Assembly: GCA_951406725.2 (NCBI GenBank)
Contig: OX597836.1
Span: 49,724,001 to 49,788,000 of the forward strand
Direction of reading: 5' to 3'
Length of the DNA: 64,000 nt
Source of the DNA: Octopus vulgaris
Taxonomy: Eukaryota
Shown piece by piece: positions 1 to 12,100 of the stretch. The translations under genes and the position numbers were made by a program. Positions within the stretch are counted from its first letter, which is position 1; every line of letters begins with the position of its first letter. The notes under the pieces were generated by a model, which did not search any database, had not been told where the DNA came from, and saw only the letters and a list, made by a program, of their open reading frames with translations.

Positions 1-111
1 TAGGAGAAGGAAAGATCCAGAGAAGGGAAGACAGAGGAAAAAAAATCGCCAACGGTACACACGAGGTCACATTTTGAAAACCTTATATATATATATGTAT
101 ATGTATATAAC

Positions 112-700
112 GGGAAGGTTTACGCAAATAAACAAAAGACGAAGGCAGATGGAGTACAAACAAACAAATGTATTAGTATGGCGCTCAGGAATAGAAATAG
201 AACAAGTCTTTTACGTTTCGAGCCTACGCTCTTCAACAGAAAGATACACAGAAAAAAAAAAAAAACAAGGAGAGAAAAAAATGCGTGTAGGAGCTAACGA
301 TCTATCATGGCGTTCTGAGTTCAGGCAGAGGTCAGAGGTCAGACGTTAGACGCTAGAGGGACAGTAGGGGAGATAACAGGGTCAAGTGACTTCCAAAACG
401 AAGGTAGCCCCAACACAAAGGTGCGTGTGTGTATAAGAGAGTATGTATGTGCGTGTGAAAGAGGGCTGGTGGTCTGGACGTGTGTGTGTATGTATGTGTG
501 GGTGTGGAGATATGGGGATGGGTGTGTGAGTGGTGTGTTGCGATGTGATATGTGTAAGTGTAAATGTGTGGGGATGGGTGTGTGGGCGGTGTGCTGTGGG
601 TGGTGTGTTGTGATGTGATGTGTAATGTATGGTGTAGTGTAGTGTGGTGTGATGTTGTGGGGGAGGTGGGGGGGACAAGAGTGTACATATACATGTATGT
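112..700 (-). mobile_element. Non-autonomous Penelope-like repeat (pLTR with degenerate hammerhead motif plus CA-rich body)
   Basis: Alignable by eye to 62673-63200 (e.g. ccccaacacaaaggtgcgtgtgtgtataagagagtatgtatgtgcgtgtgaaagagggctggtggtctggacg). Minus strand at 207-244 reads TTGAAGA-gcgtaggctc-GAAACGTA, a minimal HHR-like core. Flanked by (TA)n. Confidence 0.55.
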
Positions 701-723
701 AAATGTATGTATGTATACATATG

Positions 724-3320
724 TTTAATCTTTTATGGGTTTCAGCCAGATGCTGAGGCCATGGTGGTGCACTGCCTTTACTGCATCCGAAGATTTTTCC
801 AGTATTGTTTCTGGTAACGAGGTGGACGTTGCCGCTCTTCTTTGTGCCTCCTGCCGAGATGTGGGTTCTTCCGAAATTGCAGATAAAAAGTTGTCTAGAT
901 GTTTTTGAATGCATCCATGTCTACACCTTGCAGATGACTGATGTTCTATGGTAGGGCATTAAAAAGTTGTGGTCCTGTGAATCCCAAGCTATTGTAATAT
1001 TGGGTTCGTATCTCTGATGGAGAAAATAGGACCTTTGGTATTGTGCAGTGCCGTCCAGTTCGGAGATTGTTGTAGATTTCCATTCCGAAATTCGGAGTCA
1101 GATCCTCCATTAATTTCCACACGCATAGCACTGGATATCTCTCACGTCGCCTCTCGAGGGAGTTGAGTCCCATTTCCTTCAATCTCTTCCAGCAGCCCAT
1201 GTGTTTTACTGAGTCTATCTTCTTTGTAAAGTGGCGTTCGATCGCTTCTAGTTCTGCAATTAGTTTTACACTCTGCGGGGACCACAGTTGGGAGCAGTAG
1301 TCCAGACGACTGAGGACAAAAGTTCTCTAAAGCAGAAGCATTGTGACTCTGTTCCTGGTCCTGAAGGATCTAAGGATCCAATCTGCCACCCGCCTGCATA
1401 GTGTTGCCATCTGAGCAATGTGCATATGAAAAGTTGCATCGTTGCTCATGTAGATTCCTAGGTCATGCACCGACTCCAACTCTGGGATTACTTACATTGC
1501 CTGCTGGTTCCGTGTACTTCAGCTGTAGTTTGTGGGCTGATACGGAGTGCTTGAAATTTTGCGCCATTGAACTGCATATTAAACTCACTAGCCCATTTAT
1601 ATATTACATTCAGGGCATTCTGCAGTCTTAAGATCTCAATAAGATCCTTGACTGCCTGCGATACTTTTGTATCATCGGCGTAGCTGGTGATTGTGGATGA
1701 CTCTGTGGCTGAGGACATGTCCGAGAGAGCAACCACAAACAGTAGCGGACCCAGCACTATTCCCTGGAAGACTCCACTGAGGATTGGTGTCACTTCAGAG
1801 AGAGCACCATTTGCTATGACAGCCTGACTTTCTACCCCTTAGAAAATCATGCTGCCACTCTCCCAGTCTACCAGCGATACCAAGGTCATGCAATTTGTAA
1901 CATATCATCAATGATTGACTTTGTCGAGATATATCACATCCACATTTGAATGGTTGAGTTGTTGTTTTAGTACCCAGTCGAAGTGCTGTGGTAGCTGTAT
2001 CAGGCAGCTCCTTCCGGGACAGAAACCATTTTGCGTGTCCATAAGCAAGTCATTTTCATCTAGGAACGTGGTCAGTCTTTTTCTGATAATGCATTCCATG
2101 ATCTTGCTGACATGTGAGGTCAGAGAGATAGGTCTGTAGTTTATAGCATCTAATCTGCTTCCTCCTTTGTGAACAGGGAAGATTATTCCTTCTTTTAACG
2201 TTTAAGGAAATGTACCGCATTCAAGGGAACTCTGGAAAGGTATTTGCAGTGGTTTTGCAAGAGCTTTCTTGCATGTTTTTAACAGAATTGCTGGGAGTCC
2301 ATCGGGGCCTGTTGCAGAGTTTGGGTTTATCTCGTCAATGGCCGACAACACATCCTCTTTTGTAATGTCAATATGATGGTCGCCTTTTTTTCTTGTAGGT
2401 TAGAGGTGTTGAAGAACTCGTCAGGTCTGTTTATTTTCATGTTTTCTAGTGGGGAAGTGAAAACATTTGGAATTGTTTATTGAGTGCTTCACTTATTCTC
2501 TTGGGGTCTGCAGTCAGTGAACTCTTCTTATCAAACAGTGGCCCTATCCTGTATCGCACTGAACTTAGGGATGCTTTTTATATTTTCCACCGCCCTGGTT
2601 TCCCTGTTTACCCTTTCTTTTTCATGGGAGAGTTTGATTTTATTCCCAGTCTCTAAGAGCTCCACATTGAGGTAGGGCTTTTTGCTGTCATTAGGCTCCT
2701 TATTTTAGCGTTTTGAGATCTTTATCCTCCGTCTCATTATGATTTCTCTATCTCGGGCAATAATGTTCTTATGCATGGTGGCTTTCTTCTCTGGGGCAAA
2801 CTTAATGCATATGGCTCGCATTATTGACATGAATTCATTGAATTTCATGTCAGTATCTTGCACGGACAGACTTTTAAACCAGTTTTGCTGGAGTATCTCC
2901 TTGTTGATGGACTTCCATGTAGAAGTTCAGGTTGGCAAGCGTTTGGAATCCAGCAGTGTTAGATGATTCTTTAATTAGCTTTGGACCATATATTGACAGC
3001 TCTATCATGTTATGGTCTGAGTGGGTAGACGGATGCAGAGATCCAGGATGTTGTTATTTCTGGTTGGGTAAAGTAGGGTCTGCTCCATAATTTTCGTGAG
3101 ATCTACCAGAGATTCTGCCCGCTTGCATTCTTTTCGTGTCAGTCCTGAGATTATGACACCTTCGAGCCATCTAATGTTGGGGAAGTCACACATCAGAAGT
3201 ACATTAAGGCATTGGTCTAGGTTTCTGAGTAATTATTTTATCTTTGTAAGGCGTTCCTTAAACTTGCCGTGGAAGTGTGGGACATCGGGTGGGTGGTCTG
3301 ATGTAAATATTACCACGTCA
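724..3320 (-). mobile_element. Decayed CR1/L2-type LINE (APE endonuclease + RT fragments + 3' tail)
   Basis: ORF fragments in order: DFPNIRW and EQTLLYPTRNNNILDL (APE); QNGFCPGRSCL and VDVIYLD; SGVFQGIVLGPLLF and SYADDTK (RT); LNSLERRRERY and SLGFTGPQLFNALP (C-terminus). Many stops and frameshifts. Confidence 0.9.
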
Positions 3321-3344
3321 AGTTGCTTTACACACGCAAACACA

Positions 3345-3389
<45 letters not shown>

Positions 3390-3391
3390 AC

Positions 3392-3436
<45 letters not shown>

Positions 3437-3438
<2 letters not shown>

Positions 3439-3580
3439 TAAACGTTAAAAAAACACAAACTGGGACAAGAACGTGAAACATTTTGAAGACGGCAAAAAAA
3501 CACACAGACGGGACTTTCGAAGCTCTCAGTCTTCAGTCAAGAACCAGATCATCTTCGCAATTTCGGCTGATTAATCTTGA
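3437..3580 (-). mobile_element. Short PLE pLTR relic with degenerate HHR core, embedded in microsatellites
   Basis: Minus strand CTGAAGA-ctgagagcttc-GAAAGTC near 3513-3536; bounded by (TA)n on both sides. Confidence 0.4.
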
Positions 3581-3684
3581 GTATATATATATATATATAT
3601 ACATACATACATACATACATACATACATACATACATACATACATACATACATACATACATACATGATGTGACATCATGATGAAA

Positions 3685-4745
3685 TGAGCTCAAACTCAGC
3701 CATAGGCCCTGATAGATTCCCAGCAGTCCTCCGAAAGAAATGCAAAGAGATTCTAGCAAGACCGCTTCAGATTCTCTTCCAGAGCTTCCTCACAACTGGG
3801 AGGCTTCCCAAAAAGCTAAAGGAAGGCATAATATACCCTATTCATAAGGGAGGTAGCAGAGCAGATGCTAAGAATTATAGACCTGTCTCTCTAACCACTC
3901 ATGTCAGTAAAATCACGGAGCGCAATCTCAGGAAGAAAGTAATTGCGTTCCCTGAAGATAATGACTTGCTTCCTGACAGCCACAATGGCTGTCGCTGAGG
4001 AAGAAGCTGCCTTACACAGCTTTTGCAGCACTATGACTGGGTGTTGAAACAATGAATGCAACGCTCAAACGTGGATGTGATATATCTCGACTTTGCAAAG
4101 GCCTTTGATAAGGTTGATCATGGGATGATATGTCACAAACTACGGGGACTTGGTATAACCGGAAAATTCGGAAAGTGGTTGCATGACTTATTAAAAGACA
4201 GAAGCCAGGCTGTAGCAGCCAACGGAACCCTCTCCACGGAGTAATTAATAAAAAGTGGAGTGCCTCAAGGAACTGTACTGGGGCCGCTGCTGTTCATGGT
4301 GGCTCTTTCTGACATGCCATCAGTTACACAGACAGCCACAATTACTAGCTATGCTGATGACACAAAAGTTGTACAAGGAGCCTTCTGACGCTAATCTTCT
4401 ACAGAAAGACCGAGATGCCATATATAAACGGGCTGAGCAATTTAATGCAATTTAATGCAGGAAAATCCCAAGCCCTCGTTACCAGCTAATTGGTGCTCAG
4501 AAGTCACAACAACGATACTTTGGACCAAAAGGAGCGGCAATCCTAGAATCATATACAGTGCGTGATCTTGGGATTGATATGAGTAATGATGCCTAGTGTC
4601 AAATGATTATCACCAAGACGGTGGCAGTATGCAGGCGAATGGCCGGATGGATTCTGAGGACCTTCAGAACAAGGCACCAAGAAACTATGTTGATCCTATG
4701 GAGGACATTTATTCCCAGCCGTCTGGACTACAGCTCTCTTGTGAG
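3685..4745 (+). mobile_element. Decayed CR1/L2-type LINE RT fragment
   Basis: GPDRFPAVLRKKC, IYPIHKGGSRADAKNYRPVSLT, VDVIYLDFAKAFDKVDHG, SGVPQGTVLGPLLF and YADD motifs, split by stops and frameshifts. Confidence 0.9.
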
Positions 4746-4801
4746 CGGATTTGGCAAACGGAAATTGAAAGAAGCTCGTTGTGTATAAACGTATATATGT
4801 A

Positions 4802-4885
<84 letters not shown>

Positions 4886-4916
4886 GGCTGCAAACATAGA
4901 ACCGTTTGGGAAAAGT

Positions 4917-5025
<109 letters not shown>

Positions 5026-5044
5026 TAGATATAGATATATATAT

Positions 5045-5443
5045 AATATCAGGGCACTAAGAAGCACCAACTTAGCTAAAAATAGGAGTTAAAAACATTC
5101 GGAAGCCACAAGAATTAACACTAAATTTTCACAGACATGGTTGAAGTAAATAAGGATTGTGTCTTACAAGATTGCAAGCAGGAATTCCAGTTAACCTGCA
5201 ATCAGGATTTCGAAATTTGCGCCAAAAGCACTCAATTTTCTTCAGCCAGATCTACTCGTAACAACACTTCAACAATGCCTGTGTTCGTTTGAGGGCCCCA
5301 ACTACATTGAAAAAACGAACAAAGTGAATTCATTTATAATTATATAAAGAACATTATTCCCTTAAGAAACAATAATATTAGTGGCTGCAAGCAAAAAACC
5401 GTACAGGCAAAATTTATATATATATATAACATCAGGGCACTAA
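5045..5443 (-). mobile_element. Probable PLE pLTR relic with HHR-like motif and terminal direct repeat
   Basis: ATCAGGGCACTAA occurs at 5048-5060 and 5431-5443, each after (TA)n. Minus strand 5191-5249 reads CTGAAGA-aaatt...aaatttc-GAAA-tcctg-attg-cagg-TTA. Confidence 0.45.
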
Positions 5444-5489
<46 letters not shown>

Positions 5490-5524
5490 TGTGTGTGTGT
5501 GTCTGTGTGTGTGTGTCTGTGTGT

Positions 5525-5690
5525 GTACTTGTGTCTATGTTAGCGGTTCAGCAAAGAGATTGATAGAATAAGTACTCGGCTTACAAAGAATAAGTCCTGA
5601 GGTCGATGTGTTCTATTAAAACCTCTCAAAGTGGTGCTCCAGCATGGCCACAGTCAAATGACTGAAGCAAGCAAAAGAATGAAAGAATAC
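5525..5690 (+). mobile_element. 3' portion of the abundant SINE family
   Basis: gatagaataagtact...aagaataagtcct...ggtgctccagcatggccacagtcaaatgactgaa matches the copies at 43700-44115 and 56030-56428. Confidence 0.8.
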
Positions 5691-5761
5691 ATACACGTGT
5701 CTATAATGATATATTTAATCCAAAGAAGAACAATCAAGAAAAAACAACACCGCGACGACGT

Positions 5762-8700
5762 GGTATATGTCGTATATATGATATATGTCGTATATATGAT
5801 ATATGTCGTATATATGATATATGTCGTATATATGATATATGTCGTATATATGATATATGTCGTATATATGATATATGTCGTATATATGATATATGTCGTA
5901 TATATGATATATGTCGTATATATGGTATATGTCGTATATATGATATATGTCGTATATATGGTATATGTCGTATATATGATATATGTCGTATATATGATAT
6001 ATGTCGTATATATGATATATGTCGTATATATGATATATGTCGTATATATGGTATATGTCGTATATATGGTATATGTCGTATATATGATATATGTCGTATA
6101 TATGATATATGTCGTATATATGATATATGTCGTATATATTGATATATGTCGTATATATGATATATGTCGTATATATGATATATGTCGTATATATGATATA
6201 TGTCGTATATATTGATATATGTCGTATATATGATATATGTCGTATATATTGATATATGTCGTATATATGATATATGTCGTATATATGATATATGTCGTAT
6301 ATATTGATATATGTCGTATATATGATATATGTCGTATATATGATATATGTCGTATATATGATATATGTCGTATATATGATATATGTCGTATATATGATAT
6401 ATGTCGTATATATGATATATGTCGTATATATGATATATGTCGTATATATTGATATATGTCGTATATATGATATATGTCGTATATATTGATATATGTCGTA
6501 TATATGATATATGTCGTATATATGATATATGTCGTATATATTGATATATGTCGTATATATGATATATGTCGTATATATGATATATGTCGTATATATGATA
6601 TATGTCGTATATATGATATATGTCGTATATATGATATATGTCGTATATATTGATATATGTCGTATATATGATATATGTCGTATATATGATATATATATGA
6701 TATATGACGTATATATGATATATGTCGTATATATGATATATGTCGTATATATGTATATATTGATATATGTCGTATATATGATATATGTCGTATATATTGA
6801 TATATGTCGTATATATGATATATGTCGTATATATTGATATATGTCGTATATATGATATATGTCGTATATATTGATATATGTCGTATATATGATATATGTC
6901 GTATATATGATATATGTCGTATATATGATATATGTCGTATATATGATATATGTCGTATATATGATATATGTCGTATATATGATATATGTCGTATATATGA
7001 TATATGTCGTATATATGATATATGTCGTATATATGATATATGTCGTATATATGATATATGTCGTATATATGATATATGTCGTATATATGATATATGTCGT
7101 ATATATGATATATGTCGTATATATGATATATGTCGTATATATGATATATGTCGTATATATGATATATGTCGTATATATGATATATGTCGTATATATGATA
7201 TATGTCGTATATATGATATATGTCGTATATATGATATATGTCGTATATATGATATATGTCGTATATATGATATATGTCGTATATATGATATATGTCGTAT
7301 ATATGATATATGTCGTATATATGATATATGTCGTATATATGATATATGTCGTATATATGATATATGTCGTATATATGATATATGTCGTATATATGATATA
7401 TGTCGTATATATGATATATGTCGTATATATGATATATGTCGTATATATGATATATGTCGTATATATGATATATGTCGTATATATGATATATGTCGTATAT
7501 ATGATATATGTCGTATATATGGTATATGTCGTATATATGATTTATGTCGTATATATGATATATGTCGTATATATGATATATGTCGTATATATGATATATG
7601 TCGTATATATGATATATGTCGTATATATGATATATGTCGTATATATGATATATGTCGTATATATGATATATGTCGTATATATGATATATGTCGTATATAT
7701 GATATATGTCGTATATATGATATATGTCGTATATATGATATATGTCGTACATATGGTATATGTCGTATATATGATATATGTCGTATATATGATATATGTC
7801 GTATATATGATATATGTCGTATATATGATATATGTCGTATATATGGTATATGTCGTATATATGATATATGTCGTATATATGATATATGTCGTATATATGA
7901 TATATGTCGTATATATGATATATGTCGTATATATGATATATGTCGTATATATGATATATGTCGTATATATTGATATATGTCGTATATATGATATATGTCG
8001 TATATATGATATATGTCGTATATATGATATATGTCGTATATATGATATATGTCGTATATATGGTATATGTCGTATATATGATATATGTCGTATATATGAT
8101 ATATGTCGTATATATGATATATGTCGTATATATGATATATGTCGTATATATGATATATGTCGTATATATGATATATGTCGTATATATGATATATGTCGTA
8201 TATATTGATATATGTCGTATATATGATATATGTCGTATATATGATATATGTCGTATATATGATATATGTCGTATATATGGTATATGTCGTATATATGATA
8301 TATGTCGTATATATGATATATGTCGTATATATGATATATGTCGTATATATTGATATATGTCGTATATATGATATATGTCGTATATATGATATATGTCGTA
8401 TATATGGTATATGTCGTATATATGGTATATGTCGTATATATGGTATATGTCGTATATATGGTATATGTCGTATATATGATATATGTCGTATATATGATAT
8501 ATGTCGTATATATGATATATGTCGTATATATTGATATATGTCGTATATATGATATATGTCGTATATATGATATATGTCGTATATATGATATATGTCGTAT
8601 ATATGATATATGTCGTATATATGATATATGTCGTATATATGATATATGTCGTATATATGATATATGTCGTATATATGATATATGTCGTATATATTGATAT

Positions 8701-8847
8701 ATGTCGTATATATGATATATGTCGTATATATTGATATATGTCGTATATATGATATATGTCGTATATATGATATATGTCGTATATATGATATATGTCGTAT
8801 ATATGATATATGTCGTATATATGATATATGTCGTATATATTGATATA
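5762..8847. repeat. 18-bp tandem satellite (GATATATGTCGTATATAT)n, roughly 170 units
   Basis: Directly visible, with 19-bp (+T) and GGT variants. It explains the spurious YIRHIS/MIYVVY/DICRIY ORFs. Confidence 0.98.
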
Positions 8848-9127
8848 TTTTGATAGTCATTTTTGTTTTGTTCGCCAAATAAATACACGTATTATACATT
8901 CGTTCTTCACTTCGGATTTACTATTGTTCTTATATTATGCCCTTTGCCTGGAAATCTTTCGCCACACATCCTGTGACTTTTTCAGTGACTCTGCATCCCA
9001 TATGTCTCCTCCTAAACAGGACAGGACTAAACAGAATAAGAGGAAACTCATTACCAAGTGGGCCGCACTGCAACAAGAATTCAAGATTAGTTTTCTTTAG
9101 GTGTGCTGTGTGTTGCATTTAGTCATG

Positions 9128-9361
9128 GGCAGCAGCGAATTAGCAGAGATATACCTTGAAATACGTTCTTAATCTACTGAGGGCAACTTTCCAACCTTTT
9201 GAGGTTGACAAAGTACCAAACCAGGGCAGTGGTTCGGCAGAATTGTTAGAATGTCGGAGGAGGACAAGATCCTTTTCTTAAATCTCAACGTTTTGAGATT
9301 TAAACGACTGAACAATGCCTTGGGAATGGATTTGGCAGACGGAAATTGTGCGGAAGCCCGT

Positions 9362-9399
<38 letters not shown>

Positions 9400-9620
9400 C
9401 AAGATGTGTGTGTGTGTGCGCGTGTGTGTATTTGTATTTGCCCCCCCCACACACACCTTACAACCGCTTGATAACCGTTGTTGGTTTGTTTACGTCCCTG
9501 TACTTTAGAAATCCGGCAAAAGGTACTGGTACAATTAGTACTAGACTTAAAAATAAGTAGTGGGGGTCGTCTAAACCCTTCCAAGTATTTTGCAGCATGG
9601 CTGCTGCAATCCAATAACAA
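9128..9620 (+). mobile_element. Diverged composite SINE
   Basis: Head ggcagcgaattagcaga..., central gaatggatttggcagacggaaattg...gaagcccgtcg, an internal microsatellite and the tail gcagcatggctgctgcaatcc, as in the other SINE copies. Confidence 0.65.
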
Positions 9621-9709
9621 GTAAAAGATGACGAAGAGAATAAGTAAAAGATAACCAACGACAAAAGCGATGGAAGTCCAAGTTGGAACAAGAGAAACTC
9701 TGGTAACTT

Positions 9710-10199
9710 CGACGACATCATTGTCATCATCATCATCATCATCAACAACAACGTCGTCATCATTGTAATTGCCATGATGACAGCAAAAAAGTATTCTCAA
9801 GTTTCCACCCATTCACCGCCGCCGCCGCCGCCGCTACCCCTGTTATCATCACCAACACCACCACCATCTTCATCATCATCATTAACATCAGCTCCACTGT
9901 CACTGCCACCACTACTACTACTACTAGCGCAGAAATGTCAAAGAAAGATTGAAAAGGAAAAAAGGCAGCAGAAAAAGTTAACCTCAATTAAGCGTGAAAT
10001 AAATCATCATCATCAGCAGCAGCAGTTAATAGCGGCGGCGGTGGCAGCGGTGGCAGCGGTGGTGGCGGCGTCGGCGGTGGGCGGTGGGAGCGACGTTGGG
10101 CGGCGGCGGCGGCGGCGGCGACAGTAGCTTGTTTTGCTGTGGAAGTAGTTGTTCGTCTCCTGTGACAAAAAAGAGAAGTTGGGAAGCACTTACGACAAG
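9710..10199 (+). other. GC/CpG-rich mixed trinucleotide-repeat tract, possible exon ending at a splice donor
   Basis: (CAT)n, (CCG)n, (CTA)n, (CAG)n and (GGC)n runs; AAG|GTAAAT at 10199/10200. No recognisable protein family. Confidence 0.3.
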
Positions 10200-10218
10200 G
10201 TAAATGTATCCTTTACAC

Positions 10219-10272
<54 letters not shown>

Positions 10273-10606
10273 ACATCTGTCGGTTGTTGTTGTTGTTTAA
10301 CCCCAGGTCAGCTTCGATCGAACAAAAACTGTGATCGCTGAATGTTTGTTTCTGTTTTGTTTTGTTTGTTTTCCACTTTTTATTCAAGTATGTATAAGTG
10401 TATCTGGGAGAGCATTATTCAATGTTTCTTCCACCTTCAAACATGGTAGGATATAACATGATACGAGGGAGATTGCAAAGTGCCAAGTTGAACGAACGTG
10501 CGACCGACCGCCAAGAGGCTACCGTGAAATTACCATTTATTTGCAGACATGTGTTTATATACACCCGTCATTTTATGTAATGGATATGGAGCCTTATTGA
10601 ACGTGC

Positions 10607-10637
<31 letters not shown>

Positions 10638-11192
10638 ATAGAATTTGCGTCCACATTGTTTTTATATATATTCGTGTATATGTATACATACAGAATTTAC
10701 TTTTTTGGAAGGTGCGATGTGATTAATTTCAAAAAGAAAATGCGATGATTTTCTTCAAGGGGAATCGTTCCGACAAACATTGTTTACTGAACATTTCTCC
10801 TCCACACGCGGTGGATTATTGATGTTATTCATGTCTTTGTTATCATGTCTCACTCACAATTCGCTCATTCGAAACTCACCCTAACCTATAGAATGATAAG
10901 AAAAGAAAACGACTGCATATATCCCAAACACTCTTAAGGAGACTTTTAGGCGATTATATAGCAGTTACATCCTTCTGTCTGACACACGCAAACACACACG
11001 CACACATTCTCTCTCTTTATCACTCTCTCTTTCTCTTTTTCTCTCTCTCACAAATCGTTTTCTTTCAAAAACAGAGAAGCTTAAGATTATTCCTGCTCTT
11101 ATGACCCAAGCTTCTTGTTTTCAAGTGATTCAAATTAAAACCTACCACGATTTCACGTTTATCTTCCAAACACTAGCTTAATAATGGCAAAC

Positions 11193-12100
11193 TTATTACC
11201 TCCGCCGTCTCAAGCCTTATTTTCAGTCGTGTTTGTTTGTTTGTCCGTGGACACCTCAAGAACCGCTGGATGGATTCGAATGAAACTTTCAGAGATGTTC
11301 GGCCTCGTGACTGGCACAAACTGATTAGACTTTGGGATCAATCTGGAACCGGACAAGGATTCTGGATTATTTCTTATATTTACTTTACTTTCATGATTAC
11401 GATCTTACATCAAAGTTCAAAGTTTTCTCAATTTACCTCTCTTGATGCTGTTTCCAAAGTTTTATTTTCGTCTCTTTATTATTAATTCTATTCGCGTCTC
11501 TATCTTAGTAGAAACTGGTGGATAAAGAATTCAAACTACATAAACAAACGGCAGCAAAACCGTTCAGAAACCCTAACATATTTTTATAATGTTGTATATA
11601 TTAAATATATTATACATACACATAAACACTTTACTTATATACATACATATACTTACGTATATACATCGATCTAAAACGACAGGAATACTCAAGAAAGGCC
11701 GGAATTTAAGAGAAGAAGAAACCAAAAAGTCTCATGCTATTCATTTCAAAATTCCTGAGTAGAACTTATTATTACATCCGCTTTTGAAACTATTTAGAAT
11801 GGTGAATTTGTTAACTTTGGCTTGTATTAGATAAGGATAAACTATTTATTACTGTTACCAAATTTTCTACAACCACCTTCACATCCCATGGCTACCACTG
11901 GGATCGATCAGGTACGAGACAAAGATTCTGGATTATTTTTCTGGTTCTTTTACTTAATTTTTGAGATCGGTCGGGTTCATTTTTAGTATTCTCGTTTGTG
12001 AGAGCAGTCGAGTTTATTTCAGATATTCTCATTTAAAAAAATCATCTCTGGCTAATTGTTGAGATGACACTGGTGCTGCCTTGGCGGAGGTTTGCGCTCT
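11193..12100 (+). mobile_element. Helentron/DINE-1-like non-autonomous element (HINE)
   Basis: Starts TTATTACCTCCGCC followed by a gtttgtttgtttgtcc microsatellite. The 3' subterminal inverted repeat CCTTGGCGGAGGT at 12079-12091 is followed by TTGCGCTCT. Confidence 0.6.

Noticed and set aside
5631-8899. Very long ORFs (up to 1081 aa) on both strands
   Set aside because: Artefacts of an 18-bp satellite that lacks stop codons; pure hexapeptide repeats.
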